NCBI GenBank assembly: GCA_014905635.1
Contig: JABVCE010000026.1
Location: 496,001-527,348, forward strand
DNA: 31,348 nucleotides
Direction: 5' to 3'
Source of the DNA: Scenedesmus sp. PABB004
Taxonomy: Eukaryota
Numbering within the stretch: the first letter of the stretch is position 1; the number at the start of each line of letters is the position of its first letter. The position numbers were made by a program, and so were the translations under genes. The notes beneath the pieces were generated by a model, which was not told the origin of the DNA, did no database searches, and saw nothing but the letters and a program-made list of their open reading frames with translations. Below, piece by piece: positions 1 through 17,401 of this stretch.

Positions 1-393
1 CGCGCGGCTGCCGCACGCGAACGCCCAGCTGCCCGAGCCCTGCGGCGCGAGCCGAAAGTGCGTTGGGCTGGTGCAGGCGCTGCCGGGGGCGGGGCTGGCG
101 CTGGCGCGCGCGGCTGGCAGCAGGCCGCCGCCGCCGCCGCCGCCGTCTGCGAGCATGAAGCTGAGGCGCGTCCTGGAAACGCCCTGCGCCACCGGCGGCG
201 AGAGCGCGCCGCCGCGCACGACGAAGCGCGGCGAGCTCGCCGCGCTCGGGCTCGAGCCTGAGCGCCCGGCGGCGGCGCCGGGGCCGGCCGGCGCCGCGCG
301 CGTCTTGATGCTCGGCAGCTTGCCCTCACGCGGTGCGATGCTCACGCGCACCGTGGGCAGCTCCTCCTCCTCGCCCGCGAGCCTGAACGGCAT
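1..393 (-). CDS. 5' part of an unknown protein-coding gene running off the left edge (MPFRLAGEEEELPTVRVSIAPREGKLPSIKTR...)
   Basis: ATG at 393-391; the frame stays open to base 1 with GC3-rich codons. No recognisable domain in the visible 131 aa. Absent from the ORF track because there is no stop in the window. Confidence 0.5.
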   Translation of the reverse strand, partial: MPFRLAGEEEELPTVRVSIAPREGKLPSIKTRAAPAGPGAAAGRSGSSPSAASSPRFVVRGGALSPPVAQGVSRTRLSFMLADGGGGGGGLLPAARASASPAPGSACTSPTHFRLAPQGSGSWAFACGSRA

Positions 394-897
394 GCTTGCT
401 GTGCCGCCAGCTGCTGCCAGCGAGCGGGCCCGTCGCGCTGGCTCGGGGCGCTGGCAGTGCCGTGCGAGCTGCCGCCTCGCGTTTCACAGGCTCAGGGGCC
501 TCTGGGTGGGCGCGGGGGAGGGAACAGCGGGTCAGGGGCGCGTCGGGGGCGGGAGCGACCGGTGCCAACCGCTCGCCCCTCACCAACGAGCGGTCCAACC
601 GGCCCGCGCCACTGCTCCAACGCGTTAACGCCGTAAGCGCAAGCTTCACGCAACCCCGGCGAAGCCTGACCGCGCACCGGGGGGACCTGCAGCTGCTGTT
701 GCCGCCGGGGTGCCTCTCGCCTCCTGCCGCTCCCTGCCGCCCACGAGCCGCCCGGGCTGGCGCAGAAAGTGCAGGCAGGTGCACGAGCGCGCACGATCCA
801 GGGCTGCTGGTCGAGCCGCCGGGTGCCGCCGCTGTTACGACGCGCCGCGCGGCCCGTGGCGGATGCACGGCGATTCACAGGCCGGGCTGCAATTTGG

Positions 898-902
898 TTA
901 CA
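898..902 (-). terminator. Putative chlorophyte polyadenylation signal TGTAA of the amino-acid permease gene
   Basis: Plus-strand ttaca = TGTAA on minus, 55 nt downstream of the stop at 957-959. TGTAA is the established Chlamydomonas-type near-upstream element. Confidence 0.4.
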
Positions 903-956
903 GGCTGCCACCATCCCCCTCCCTCCCTCCCTCCCGCCCTCCCTCCCAGGCCGCGA

Positions 957-3471
957 TCACCCGCCTCCCTCGCCGCCGCGCACCGCCGCGACGAGCTGCT
1001 GCACCGCCGCCACGATCCCAAACCCGCTCAACCCCACCGCGAGCACCGGCAGCGCGGCGCAGAGCCGCCGCTCCCAGCGCGGCATCGTCTTGAGCAGCGC
1101 CCGCGCGAAGAGGCAGGGCAGGCCGAACATGGACAGCACGTCGCCGAGGGCGGCAATGACCGCCATGACGAGCGAGAAGAAGGGCAGCGCCGTCGCGGCC
1201 GCCGCGGCGACGCCCACGCACGCCGACGTGACCGCGAGCCACACGCCGCGCTTGCGCCAGCTGTTGGTGTGCTCCAGCTGCGCGGCGTGCCTGCGCGCGC
1301 GCGCGCGCGAGGGGTTGGGGCACCGCGGCGGCAGCCTCGGCCGGCTGCCGGCGGCCCGGCGCGGCACACCACAGCACAGCCGCGCCGTGCGCGCGCTCAC
1401 TTGGGCACGGCGACGTGGAGCACGAGCGAGCTCCAGACGTTGACGTTGACCTGATACGCGATGATGCAGTGCAGGAAGATGCCGCCGTTCATAGCAACTG
1501 TCCAGCCGTCCTGGCCGAGCACCGACGAGACCGGCCTGGCGGCGGCGGGCGCGCGCGGCGCGGCGCGCGGGCGTGGGCGCGGCTCGCGGGCGCGGGGGGC
1601 AGCGGCCGAAGCAAGCAGCAGCGCGCGGGCGCGGGTGCGGGGCCGCGCCTGTGCAGGTCGATCGCCGTGCCCAGCGTGGCGTAGCCGCAGACTGCGACCG
1701 CCAGGAACACGGCGGTCATGAAGCCTATAGGGTTTAGGGGCGGCCGCGGCCGGGGCGGGGCCCACGGGGCCGGCGGCGGCTCAGGGTTGAGGGCGAGGGC
1801 GAGGGCGGCGGCGTGGGCGGCCACGGGCGCGGGCGGCGGCGCGGGCGCACCCGTCGTGAGCGACACGGCGGCGGGGAAGCGGGTGCGGTCGCGCGTGGTG
1901 GTGATGTAACGCATCCAGTTGATCTGTGGGCGCGTGCGTGACCGTGGAGGGAAGACGCAGGGGCAGGATCGGCCCGGCGGTCGGCGGACGTCGGCGGCGG
2001 CCGGCGGCGCCGCGCGGTCGGCGCCGGGCCCCGGCCCCACCCCCCGCGCGCACCTGGCCGCCAAAGGCAAAGGCTATGTCCAGCACTCCGACCATTGACG
2101 ACTGCGCGGGGCGGCGGGTGGGGGCGATTGGGGCGCGCATCGGCGTGCGCCGCCGCCGCCGAGGCGCGGCCCGGGGCGCCGCCACCGCTGCCGCCCCCCG
2201 CGCGCCGGGCGCCGCGGCCGGCTCACGTGCAGGCCCTGCCCCGCGCCACGACCTCGGTGTGCGCCGCCGCGGGCGCCGCGAGCGCCATCGCCGCCAGCTT
2301 GCCCACGACGACCAGCACCGCGCCCACCTGCGTGCCGCGGCAGCAGCGGGGCGCCGCCGTCGGCGTCTGCAGGCGCGCAGCTGCGCGAGCGCGGCCGCGC
2401 CGCGCGCGCGCGCCCGCCCGCGCACCATCCCGACTGTGCCGAGGATGGAGACCACTGCCACGTCCTCCATCTGGTGCATCTGCGCGCGCCGTGGCCGCGC
2501 CGGGCGGTCAGCGGCGCCCCGCCCGGCCCGGCGCTGCCGCACGCGGGGAGGCGCCCCGGCCGCGGCGCGCGCACCTGCCCGAGGGGCAGGATGATGGCGG
2601 TGACGATGAGGCAGGCGGCCGGCTGGCTCAGGTTGAACATATAGAACGTCTGCGGGCGCGGCGGCGGGACGAGCCGAGGTTCAAACGCGGCGGCGGGAGC
2701 CGAGGTTCAAACGCGAGCGAGAACACGGCCGCGCCGCGCCCCGCGCCAGCGCTGCTGGCGCTGCGGGCGCCGCGCGCCTGGCGGAGCGTCTCGACGCACG
2801 TGACTGCGTGGGCGGGACGGGCTGGGGGTGAGATGGATGGGAGGGGGGCGCGCGCCGGCGCGCTGCCGCCGCCGCTGCCGTCCGCCCCGCGCGCCGCACG
2901 GTGCAGAATGATGGGGGCGCAGGCGATGGAGAGGTAAATGGTGAGGAACACCGCGGCGCGGCCGGCCCGCCCCGCGGCGGCGGCGCCGACCTCGTCAAAC
3001 ACGACCGCGCCCGGCACGGCGAGGGAGAGGCGGGTGTAGAGGGAGCCGGCATAGACGCCTGGTTGTGGGCGGGGCGTGGGCGGGTTGTGGGCGGGGTCGT
3101 GCGGGCAGCGCGGGCGAGGGCGCACGTGCGCGTGCGCGTGGGGGGTGGGGCAGGGCGCGCGCGGCGCACGCACTCGCGAGCGCAAAGCAGCCCAGCACGG
3201 CGAGCCCCGGGGCCCAGCCGAGGCGGGCGAGGTCGGCGGGCAGGGAGAGCGTGCCGAGGCCGAGCATGTCGGACAGCATGATGGCCGTGGTCAGGAGCCA
3301 GTGAGTGCGCCCGGGCGCGAGCGGCGCGTGGTCAAAGAGCGACGACGCGACCGACGCCGGCGACCCCGGCGCGACCGACGCCGGCGCCTCGGCGTCGCGG
3401 TCGTGAGCGTCGTGCTGCGGCGCCAGGAGCGGCGCGGCGAGCGCGTCCTCCGGGGGCGCCCGACCCGCCAT
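957..3471 (-). CDS. Amino-acid/auxin permease (AAAP, Aa_trans family; ProT/GAT-like), 11 coding exons
   Basis: Exons 3471-3174, 3058-2900, 2803-2778, 2649-2575, 2479-2426, 2327-2227, 2101-2054, 1923-1851, 1724-1649, 1535-1401, 1290-957. Motifs: MLGLGTLSLPADLARLGWAPG (TM1-2), DIAFAFGGQ, VCGYATLG, LPFFSLVMAVIAALG...FGLP; about 10-11 hydrophobic helices. One base appears to be missing in the G-run at 2239-2242. Confidence 0.9.
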
Positions 3472-3494
3472 CGCCGCTCCCTCCGCGCGTCCGC

Positions 3495-4016
3495 CTGGCG
3501 GAGCGGCGGCGGGTGACTGAGCAGCGGCAGCAGCGGCGCGCCGCGCCGCCGCGCGAGCGCGGCAGCTGGGCGGTCCACGCGCGGGCTTGAGCGTTGATGG
3601 TGCCGCCAAGCTGCCACTGCGCGCGCCGCCTCGACCCGGAGCCGCCCCCGCGCGCTGGGGCGGGCGCCTGCTGCTGCCGAGCCATCCCCGCGCCGCGCCG
3701 CCGCACCTGGCGGTCGCGGCGCCGCCTGCGCGGCCGGGATGGAAGGGAGGCAGGGTCAGCTGCGCCAACGTCCAGGCAAACGGGCGCGCAGATGCTCCCT
3801 GCCAAGCAGCGGTGGGGGCGGCAGCGGGCGCGGCGCTGCTAGCGATGCCTGGGCTCGCTCGCTCTCTGGGGCAGGCTGTCGCCAGGCGCAGAGCGGTGCG
3901 GCGCCGGGAAAAGTGTGCCTACGGACGACCAGAGTCGCCGGACGCGGCACGAGCGCAGAACCGCCCGACCGGCTCAGCACGCTGAGTGCCCTGAACCCCT
4001 CCCCCGCCGCCGCGCG
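3495..4016. repeat. Copy 1 of a ~500-bp dispersed direct repeat, upstream of the permease
   Basis: Aligns by eye with 16838-17356 with roughly 20-25 differences over the ~495-bp core (3518-4016 vs 16865-17356). Confidence 0.95.
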
Positions 4017-4133
4017 GTGACCAGCACGCGCGCGAACACCGCCGTCGTCGTTCGTGCGTTGTGACAGGATATTCTGGAGCAGCCGACAACGGCTGGATGC
4101 GGGCGCGTTGGTCAACCCATCACCGCCGCCAAC

Positions 4134-4153
4134 AGAGAGAGAGAGAGAGAGAG
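4134..4153. repeat. (AG)10 microsatellite downstream of the ATPase stop
   Basis: Directly visible. Confidence 0.9.
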
Positions 4154-4329
4154 TGCAGGCGAGGCCTCGGCTCGGCGCCCCGAGTGCAGATTGGTCTTCC
4201 CACCTCATGAGGTGGCGTTGTGGTCACAACGCCACCACCACCACCACCCCCAAAGGAGCCCGTGCACGTTTCAGGGGCGCAGGCCTCCCTCCCGCCCGCG
4301 CGTGCCCCCCGGCCCCGCCGCCGCCCCCC

Positions 4330-11106
<6,777 letters not shown>

Positions 11107-12563
11107 GGCGGTCGCGCCGCTGCTGCTGCGGGGCGTGTGTGGTGTGACCTGGCGGCGCGGCTCCGTCGGACCGCACTGATCCCGCCGCGTGGAAGCGTGG
11201 GCGCACCCGCGGCGCGGCGCTATGGCTACATCAAGAAAAAACCCTGCGGCGTCACTCACTAGATACCGCCGCCGGCGGCATCTGGCCGCCGCCGCGCGCG
11301 ACCTCGATCGCGAGACTCACAGGTTACGTTACCGGCCGGCGCATGCATCGCAGCAAGTCGTGCCTGGCCGCGCCGCGCGCGCTTGGCGCCGGCGCGCCCC
11401 GGTGACGTTGACGCGAAGCTCCCGCCCCCCTGCCGACGTCGCGCGGCGGCGAGCACTGCCCCCTGGTTCACATACGCAGTGCAAGCTGCGGCGGGCGGGG
11501 GGCCACGCGGCGTGCATTGGTTGGCTGCCGCTCTTGCCGGCGCGAGCCCCGTCGCAGCCCTGGGCTGGCAATCTCGCCGCGGCAGCGCACAGGCGCGTGC
11601 CGCAATCGCACTGCCGGCGGCGCGCGGCGCCGGTCGGACAGCTGGGCCAGAGAGGCGAGGCCTCAGCTTGGCCACGACCGGCAGCAATGAAATCGCATCA
11701 AAGTCGTGTAAGAACGCTGGGTGCCGTCCCTGGTGGTGTCGCCCCTGGTGGTCCCTGGTCCCTCCCAGCGGCGCCGCTGCGCCGCTGGCGCGGCCGCACG
11801 CGCCGCGGGGTGGTGGCGCGCGCGCGGCACGCGCAGCGGGCGCAATGCCCTGTGTGTCGCGTGTATGCGTAAGCGAGCGAGTGACAGTGCCGAGGGCGAG
11901 CAACAACAACGCTGCAGGTCAACAGCGCAAGGGCATGCCAAACAGGCCAGGCTACACTCCACGCCAGAGGTCTCGCGGCGGGGCAAGGAATGCGCATCTG
12001 ACACAAGGGCGGGGCGGGCCCGGCGGCGGCGCCGCGGCGGCGCTGCCTCCCCAGCCCGCACCCGGCGGCGGCGGCCGCGTGCGCATGCCGCGGCCCGCCG
12101 CCAGGATCTGTGCGGGTCGCTGCATCGCCGCAGGCCTCGCGCACAAACACCCCGCCCTACCCCGTTGTACAAGCGCCGCGGGCCGCGTTTGGCGGGGGCC
12201 CGCAGCCCCTCCCAGGCACGCACACACATGCACCCCCAATCGCGCGGCAGCGGGGCACGCGCGGCGGCGGCGCGCGGCGCCGTGCGGCGCCGCGCGCCGC
12301 CGCCACAGTTGCAGGGCCCGGCTCAGGCCGCCGCCGGTGCGGGCGGGAGTGGTATTTCAACTCCCGCTGCGCGCCGCCGCGCGCGGGCAGGGCACTGCCC
12401 CGCGCGCGGCGCCGGCGGGGCGCGTCAGTGCACACACCCTCTAGGCGGGGCGCCGGCGAGGCCGGGCGCCCGCCGGCAACACACACCCCGCCGCCCGCCC
12501 GCGCCGGGCGCGGCCCCCTCGCGGGGGCGCGCGGCGGTGCGCGCGTGCGCGGCGCAGCTCAGC

Positions 12564-14111
12564 TCAGCCAAAGAACCAGAACGGGTTGCTGCGGCGGCGC
12601 CGCTCCTCCACGACCGCGGGCGCGGGCGTGGGCGGGGGCGCGGTGTAGACGTCGACGGGCGTCGTGCCGACCGCCTCGCCGCCCGCGCCCGCCGCGACGC
12701 GCGCGCCCGCGGCGGCCGTGGGTGTGTAGTACTTGCTAAACTGCGCCTCCTGCTCCTCGAGCTGCGCCATCACGAGCCGCGCGACGTCGCTGCCCTTGGC
12801 CGCGAGCGTCTGCGAGATGACCACCTGCTTGTCGTGCTCCGCGATCGCGCGCACGAGGTCGACGTCGCGGTACGTCCCCTCCGCGTTGGAGGAGTCGGGG
12901 TAGATGCCAAACAGGTCCCAGCTCGCCATGCCCCAGACAAAGACGTCGCACACGGCGTGCGTCTTGATGCTCGGGTCGGCCAGCCACGCGAGCGTCTTGG
13001 TGTAAAACTCGGTGCGGTACGCCTGGAGCTCGGGGATGCGCCACGGGTCGTTCGCCGCCGAGTAAAAGCCCGCGACGCCCGCCCAGGGCTGCTTGCCGAC
13101 GAGGCGCGCGCTCGACGCGGGCTGCAGCAGGCGGCGGCGGCGGCGGGCGCGTGAGGCACAGGGCACGCGCCGCAGGCGGGGGCGGCCGCGCCGCCGCGCC
13201 CGCCGCGCCCGCCGCGCCGCCGCGGCCGCACCATCGCGTTGCCCTCGTGGCCGCCGCCGATGCCAAACTCAGAGTAGTGCAGCTCGAGCTTGCCCGAGTT
13301 GATGAGGCTCGGCAGGTCGACGCCGTTGCCGAGGCTGCGCAGGCTGTCGGCGACATTGAACGCGCTGTTCTCAAACTCACTCAGGCCCATGCCCGGGCCG
13401 GTGTAGGGCGCATACGCCGAGATGCCAATAAAGTCGACCGTCTCGCTGACCATCTTGTTGATCTGGTCGGCGTCAATGGCGGGGTAGGGGTAGCGCGGCG
13501 CGCCGCGCTGCCCAGAGCCGCCGAGCCAGCCAAACACGCCGTTGCCGTTGGAGACCTGGCCCTCGACCGCGTCGAGGGCGTTAAAGTTGAGCCCGACGCC
13601 GATCTTGACGTCGGCGTGCGCGCTGCCGATCGCCGCGCGCACGCCGGGCACGAGGCTCATCCAGTCGCGCGTGTAGCGCATGATCGTCGCGCTCATCTCG
13701 CCTGGCGGGGCACGGCGGGGCGGGGCGGGGTGGAGGGTTGAGGTTCAGGGCTGAGGGCGCGCCGCGACGGGCGGCGGCGACGGCGGCGGCGGGCGCGGAG
13801 GGGCCTGCAGCGAGCGGGGCCTGCAGGCGGGGCCTGCAGCCAGCGGCGGCGCACCCTGCAGGGCAAAGTAGACGAGCGGGCGGTCCTTGTCCTGCTGCGG
13901 CCAGAGCGTGCCCTCGGCCGACGTCGTCGCGAGCGCGCGGGCGAGCGCGCGCGCGAGCGGCTGGAGCATGATGTCGTCGTAGCTGAAGCCCTCGTACTTG
14001 TAGAGGGGACCAAACATGAGCCCGTTGCGCCAGATGCCGCTGCGGGGCGTGAGACGCGGGTGTGAGGCGCGGGCGGAGACGTGAGGCGCGAGGCGCGAGG
14101 CGCGGGCGTGA

Positions 14112-14162
<51 letters not shown>

Positions 14163-14506
14163 ACGGCGCGGGGCGCGGCGCGGCGCCGCGGCGCGCACCG
14201 GCCGTAGCCGTCGTCGAGGTGGGGGCGGACGTAGGGCGTGAAGCCGTTGCGGTAGGCCTCGGCAAAGCAGAGCGCCATGCTGTCCTCATACTCCTGGATC
14301 TTGGCCGCGCTCCAGGGGCTGCACTCCATGCTCACATCCATGGGGTTGGCCTTGTGCATGTAGCAAAAGCTGTTCACGCCGAGCCCGTCCTCGCCGGGGA
14401 TCCCTGCGGCGCGCGCGGAGCGGGCGCGCGGCGCGGCGGGGTGGGGCGCGGCGGCGGGCAGCGTGCGGCGCTGCGGCGCGGGGGTGCCGGGCCGCCCCTC
14501 CCGCGC

Positions 14507-14546
<40 letters not shown>

Positions 14547-15228
14547 GGCACTGTGTGAGCTCACAGTGGTGGGTGGGCACAAAGTTGAGCTTGTTGCCGC
14601 GCGTGAGCTTGCGGGCGCGCCAGATCATGTCGAGGCAGCGCGACCAGGGGCGCCCCGCGGCGTCGGGGATGACCTGCCAGTCAAAGTAGCCCATGAGCAG
14701 CACGCTGGGGCTGAGCTGCGCGGCCTTGGGCGACATGGCCACCGTGAGCGGCGGCCCCGTCGGCGCGGGCGGCGCGGCGGGCGCCTCGACCGCGGCGACG
14801 GCGCGCGGCGCCGCGTCGGCGGGCGACGGCACGGCCTCCGGCACGGGCGTCTCCGGCGGCGGCAGCTCCACGGGCGCGGGCGCCGGCGCCGCGCGGCGCC
14901 GGATGAGCTGCTGCGTGCTCGCGACGCTCACGGGCGAGGCCGCCGGCGTGCCGCGCGCCCGCCGCGGCTCGCGCGCCTGGCGGAGGCGCGAGGACGGGGG
15001 GCTCAGGCCGAGCTGCTGCTGCAGGGCGGCGGTGCGCGGCGCGGCGCGGTCCGCCGCCTCCTGCAGGGCCTGCGCGGCGCGCGCCTGGCCGGGGATGCCC
15101 GCGACCGGCGGCGCCACGGCGGCGGCATCGGCCACGGCGGCGTCGGGCTGCTGCGCGCCGGCGAGCGCCAGCGCCGCCAGCAGCAGCGCGGCCGTCACGG
15201 CGCGCCGGGGCAGGCCGCGGGAGGCCAT
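12564..15228 (-). CDS. Secreted putative glycoside hydrolase, clan GH-A TIM barrel (GH113-like); 5 coding exons
   Basis: Exons 15228-14565, 14403-14199, 14039-13855, 13701-13232, 13121-12564. Signal peptide MASRGLPRRAVTAALLLAALALAGA, Pro/Ala linker, then VRPHLDDG...WR, FALQGEM (candidate acid/base Glu), DFIGISAY, LHYSEFG (candidate nucleophile Glu), VFVW. The gene model is solid; the family call is motif-based only. Confidence 0.7.
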
Positions 15229-16327
15229 GCCGGCGGTGCGCGGCGCGCGGCGGCGCGGGAGAAGGATGCGGGAGCGCGGCAAACGGCCCTGCGGCAGGCG
15301 GCGGGCGCGGTGCGGGCGGGCGGGGGCCGGGGATGTGAGACCGGGCGGCACGTGTGCGCCTGACGCCCTGGATCGCCGCGGCGCCGCAGCCCGCGGCCTG
15401 TGCTGCTGCACGGCCCCGCGGTGCCTCCCGCCCGCGGCGCCCGCGGCCCCCCGGCGCGGCGTGCGGGCGGCCGGGGCCCGGCCAGGCGTGCTCAGCGCGG
15501 CCCCGGCCCGTCAGCGGCGCCAGGCGCGGTGGGGGCCTCGACTCACCAGGCCGGAGCCGCTGTGCCAGTCGACGCCTCGCTGCCTCGCTGCCCACGGGAT
15601 CTACTCTCGAGGACCGCCTGACGCCCTTCAGGCCGGCGTGCGCCCGCCGCGCGCCTCCTGGTGGTCGGGGGGCTGGAGCCGCTGAGCGGTCGCGGTCGCG
15701 CGCCGTGTGCGTGGCGCGGGCGGTGGCGTGGCGGGTCTGTGTGTGTCCACGGGCGCGCTCGGGCGGCGTGGCCGGCGCGGGATGCCGCAACAACGGCAGG
15801 GCAGGCGGGCGGGTGGCGAAGGGTGGGCGGGGAGGGAGGCGTGTCCGGGCGGCGCGGCCAGGCTGCGCTGGGTGCTCAGGGAGGCGCGAGCCCGCGGCCT
15901 ATGAGGCCGGCGCGGCGATCGCATCAGCATCCGTGGACCCGCGCTCACATCGTGGCAGCTGCCGACGCTGACACCTGCTGCCGCCCCCAGCTGCCCGGAG
16001 CCCTGGCCAAGCTCGTTGAGGCCGATCTGGGCGCGGCGCGGGCCTCGCGGGGGCCGCTGCCGGCCGCGGCGGGCCTGGCAGCGCTGCCGCCTGGCCGCGC
16101 GGCGCGGCGCGTCGCGAGTGGCGGCCGCGTGGGGCGGCCACACCGCGCGCCGCACGCTCAGTTTCCGAGTGTCCGCTGCGCCTGCTGCACCTGCTTGCTT
16201 TGCAGCAAGCCGGGGGCCCGCCGCGGGCCGCGGCGGCGCGCCCGAAGCGTGCGGCGCCCGGCGCACGCCCGGCGCGCGGCTCCCGCCACGCAGCAGGCCC
16301 GCGGCGCGCCGCCGCCGCCGTCGGCGC

Positions 16328-16669
16328 CTACTTGACGCGCAGGCCGTTCGAGCGCAGCGACTCGACCAGCGCGCGCAGCTTGCCGCGGTAGCGCAGGCCC
16401 GCGTGGTTGTCAAAGCGCACCTCCTGCACGTCCGCGGCGCGCGCCTTCTCCGCGAGCAGCCGCCCCACCAGCACGCTTGCGGCGGCGTTGCAGCCGCTCG
16501 CGCGCCGCGCCGCGAGCGCCGCGCGCACGTCGCGCTGCAGCGTCGACGCCGCCGCGACGTAGCGCCCGCCGTCCGACGGGCTGGCCTTGTGCAGGATGGA
16601 GGCGTAGGTGTAGCGGTTGCTGAAGAACACCTTCAGCAGGTACGGCCGCCACACGCCGCCCGCCGCCAT
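16328..16669 (-). CDS. Organellar ribosomal protein uL18-like (plant-type L18p family), 113 aa, intronless CDS
   Basis: RPYLLKVFFSNRYTYASILH...VAAASTLQ...NAAASVLVGRLLAEKA...RYRGKLRALVESLRSNGL matches the L18p pattern (SN+hiYAQ, aAST, A..vG..lAe+a, YHG+v.al..a.r..Gl). ATG in gccATGg context. Confidence 0.85.
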   Translation of the reverse strand: MAAGGVWRPYLLKVFFSNRYTYASILHKASPSDGGRYVAAASTLQRDVRAALAARRASGCNAAASVLVGRLLAEKARAADVQEVRFDNHAGLRYRGKLRALVESLRSNGLRVK

Positions 16670-16837
16670 GGCCACGGCGCGGCGCCGCCGCTGCGCCCCG
16701 GCCGCCGCTCCGGCGGCGGCGGCTGCGGGCGCCGGGCGCTCCGCGCGCGGTGCACCCGCCGGCTGCGCTGCCGGCGGCCCTGGCGGCGCGCCTCTCGATG
16801 GCCCGCTCCCGAGCGCCCGTCCGCTGGCACCCGGGGC

Positions 16838-17356
16838 CTGGCAGGCGGCGGCGGCGGCGGCCGGTGAGCAGCAGCAGCGGCGCGCCGCGCCGCCGCGCGA
16901 GCGCGGCAGCTGGGCGGTCCACGCGCGGCTTGAGCTTTGATGGTGCCGCCAAGCTGCCACTGCGCGCGCCGCCTCGACCCGGCGCCGCCCCCGCGCGCTG
17001 GGGCGGGTGCCTGCTGCTGCCGAGCCATCGCCGCGCCGCGCCGCCGCACCTGGCGGTCGCGGCGCCTCCTGCGCGGCCGGGATGGAAGGAAGGCAGGGTC
17101 AGCTGCGCCAGCGTCCAGGCAAACGGGCGCGCAGATGCTCCCTGCCAAGCAGCGGTGGGGGCGGCAGCGGGCGCGGCGCTGCTAGCGCCGCCTGCGCTCG
17201 CTCGCTGCTCTGGGGCAGGCTGTCGCCAGGCACAGAGCGGTGCGGCGCCGGACAATGTGACCTCAGACGACCAGAGTCGCCGGACGCGGCACGAGCGCAG
17301 AACCGCCCGACCGGGTCAGCACGCTGTGCCATGAACCCCTCCCCCGCCGCCGCGCG
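16838..17356. repeat. Copy 2 of the ~500-bp dispersed direct repeat, upstream of the uL18-like gene
   Basis: Near-identical to 3495-4016 and in the same orientation. Confidence 0.95.
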
Positions 17357-17401
17357 ATCACCGGACCGGCACAACTCAACACACACGCACGCCCCAGTCA
17401 G

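Noticed and set aside
3594..3842. Near-identical 82-aa plus-strand ORFs (MMVPPSCHC...) in both repeat copies, also at 16937-17185
   Set aside because: Explained by recent DNA duplication. No domain similarity, and indels elsewhere in the repeat break the other frames.
16861..17364. 7-bp inverted termini CCGGTGA...TCACCGG around repeat copy 2 (MITE-like)
   Set aside because: Too short at this GC content, not reproduced in copy 1, and no convincing target-site duplication.
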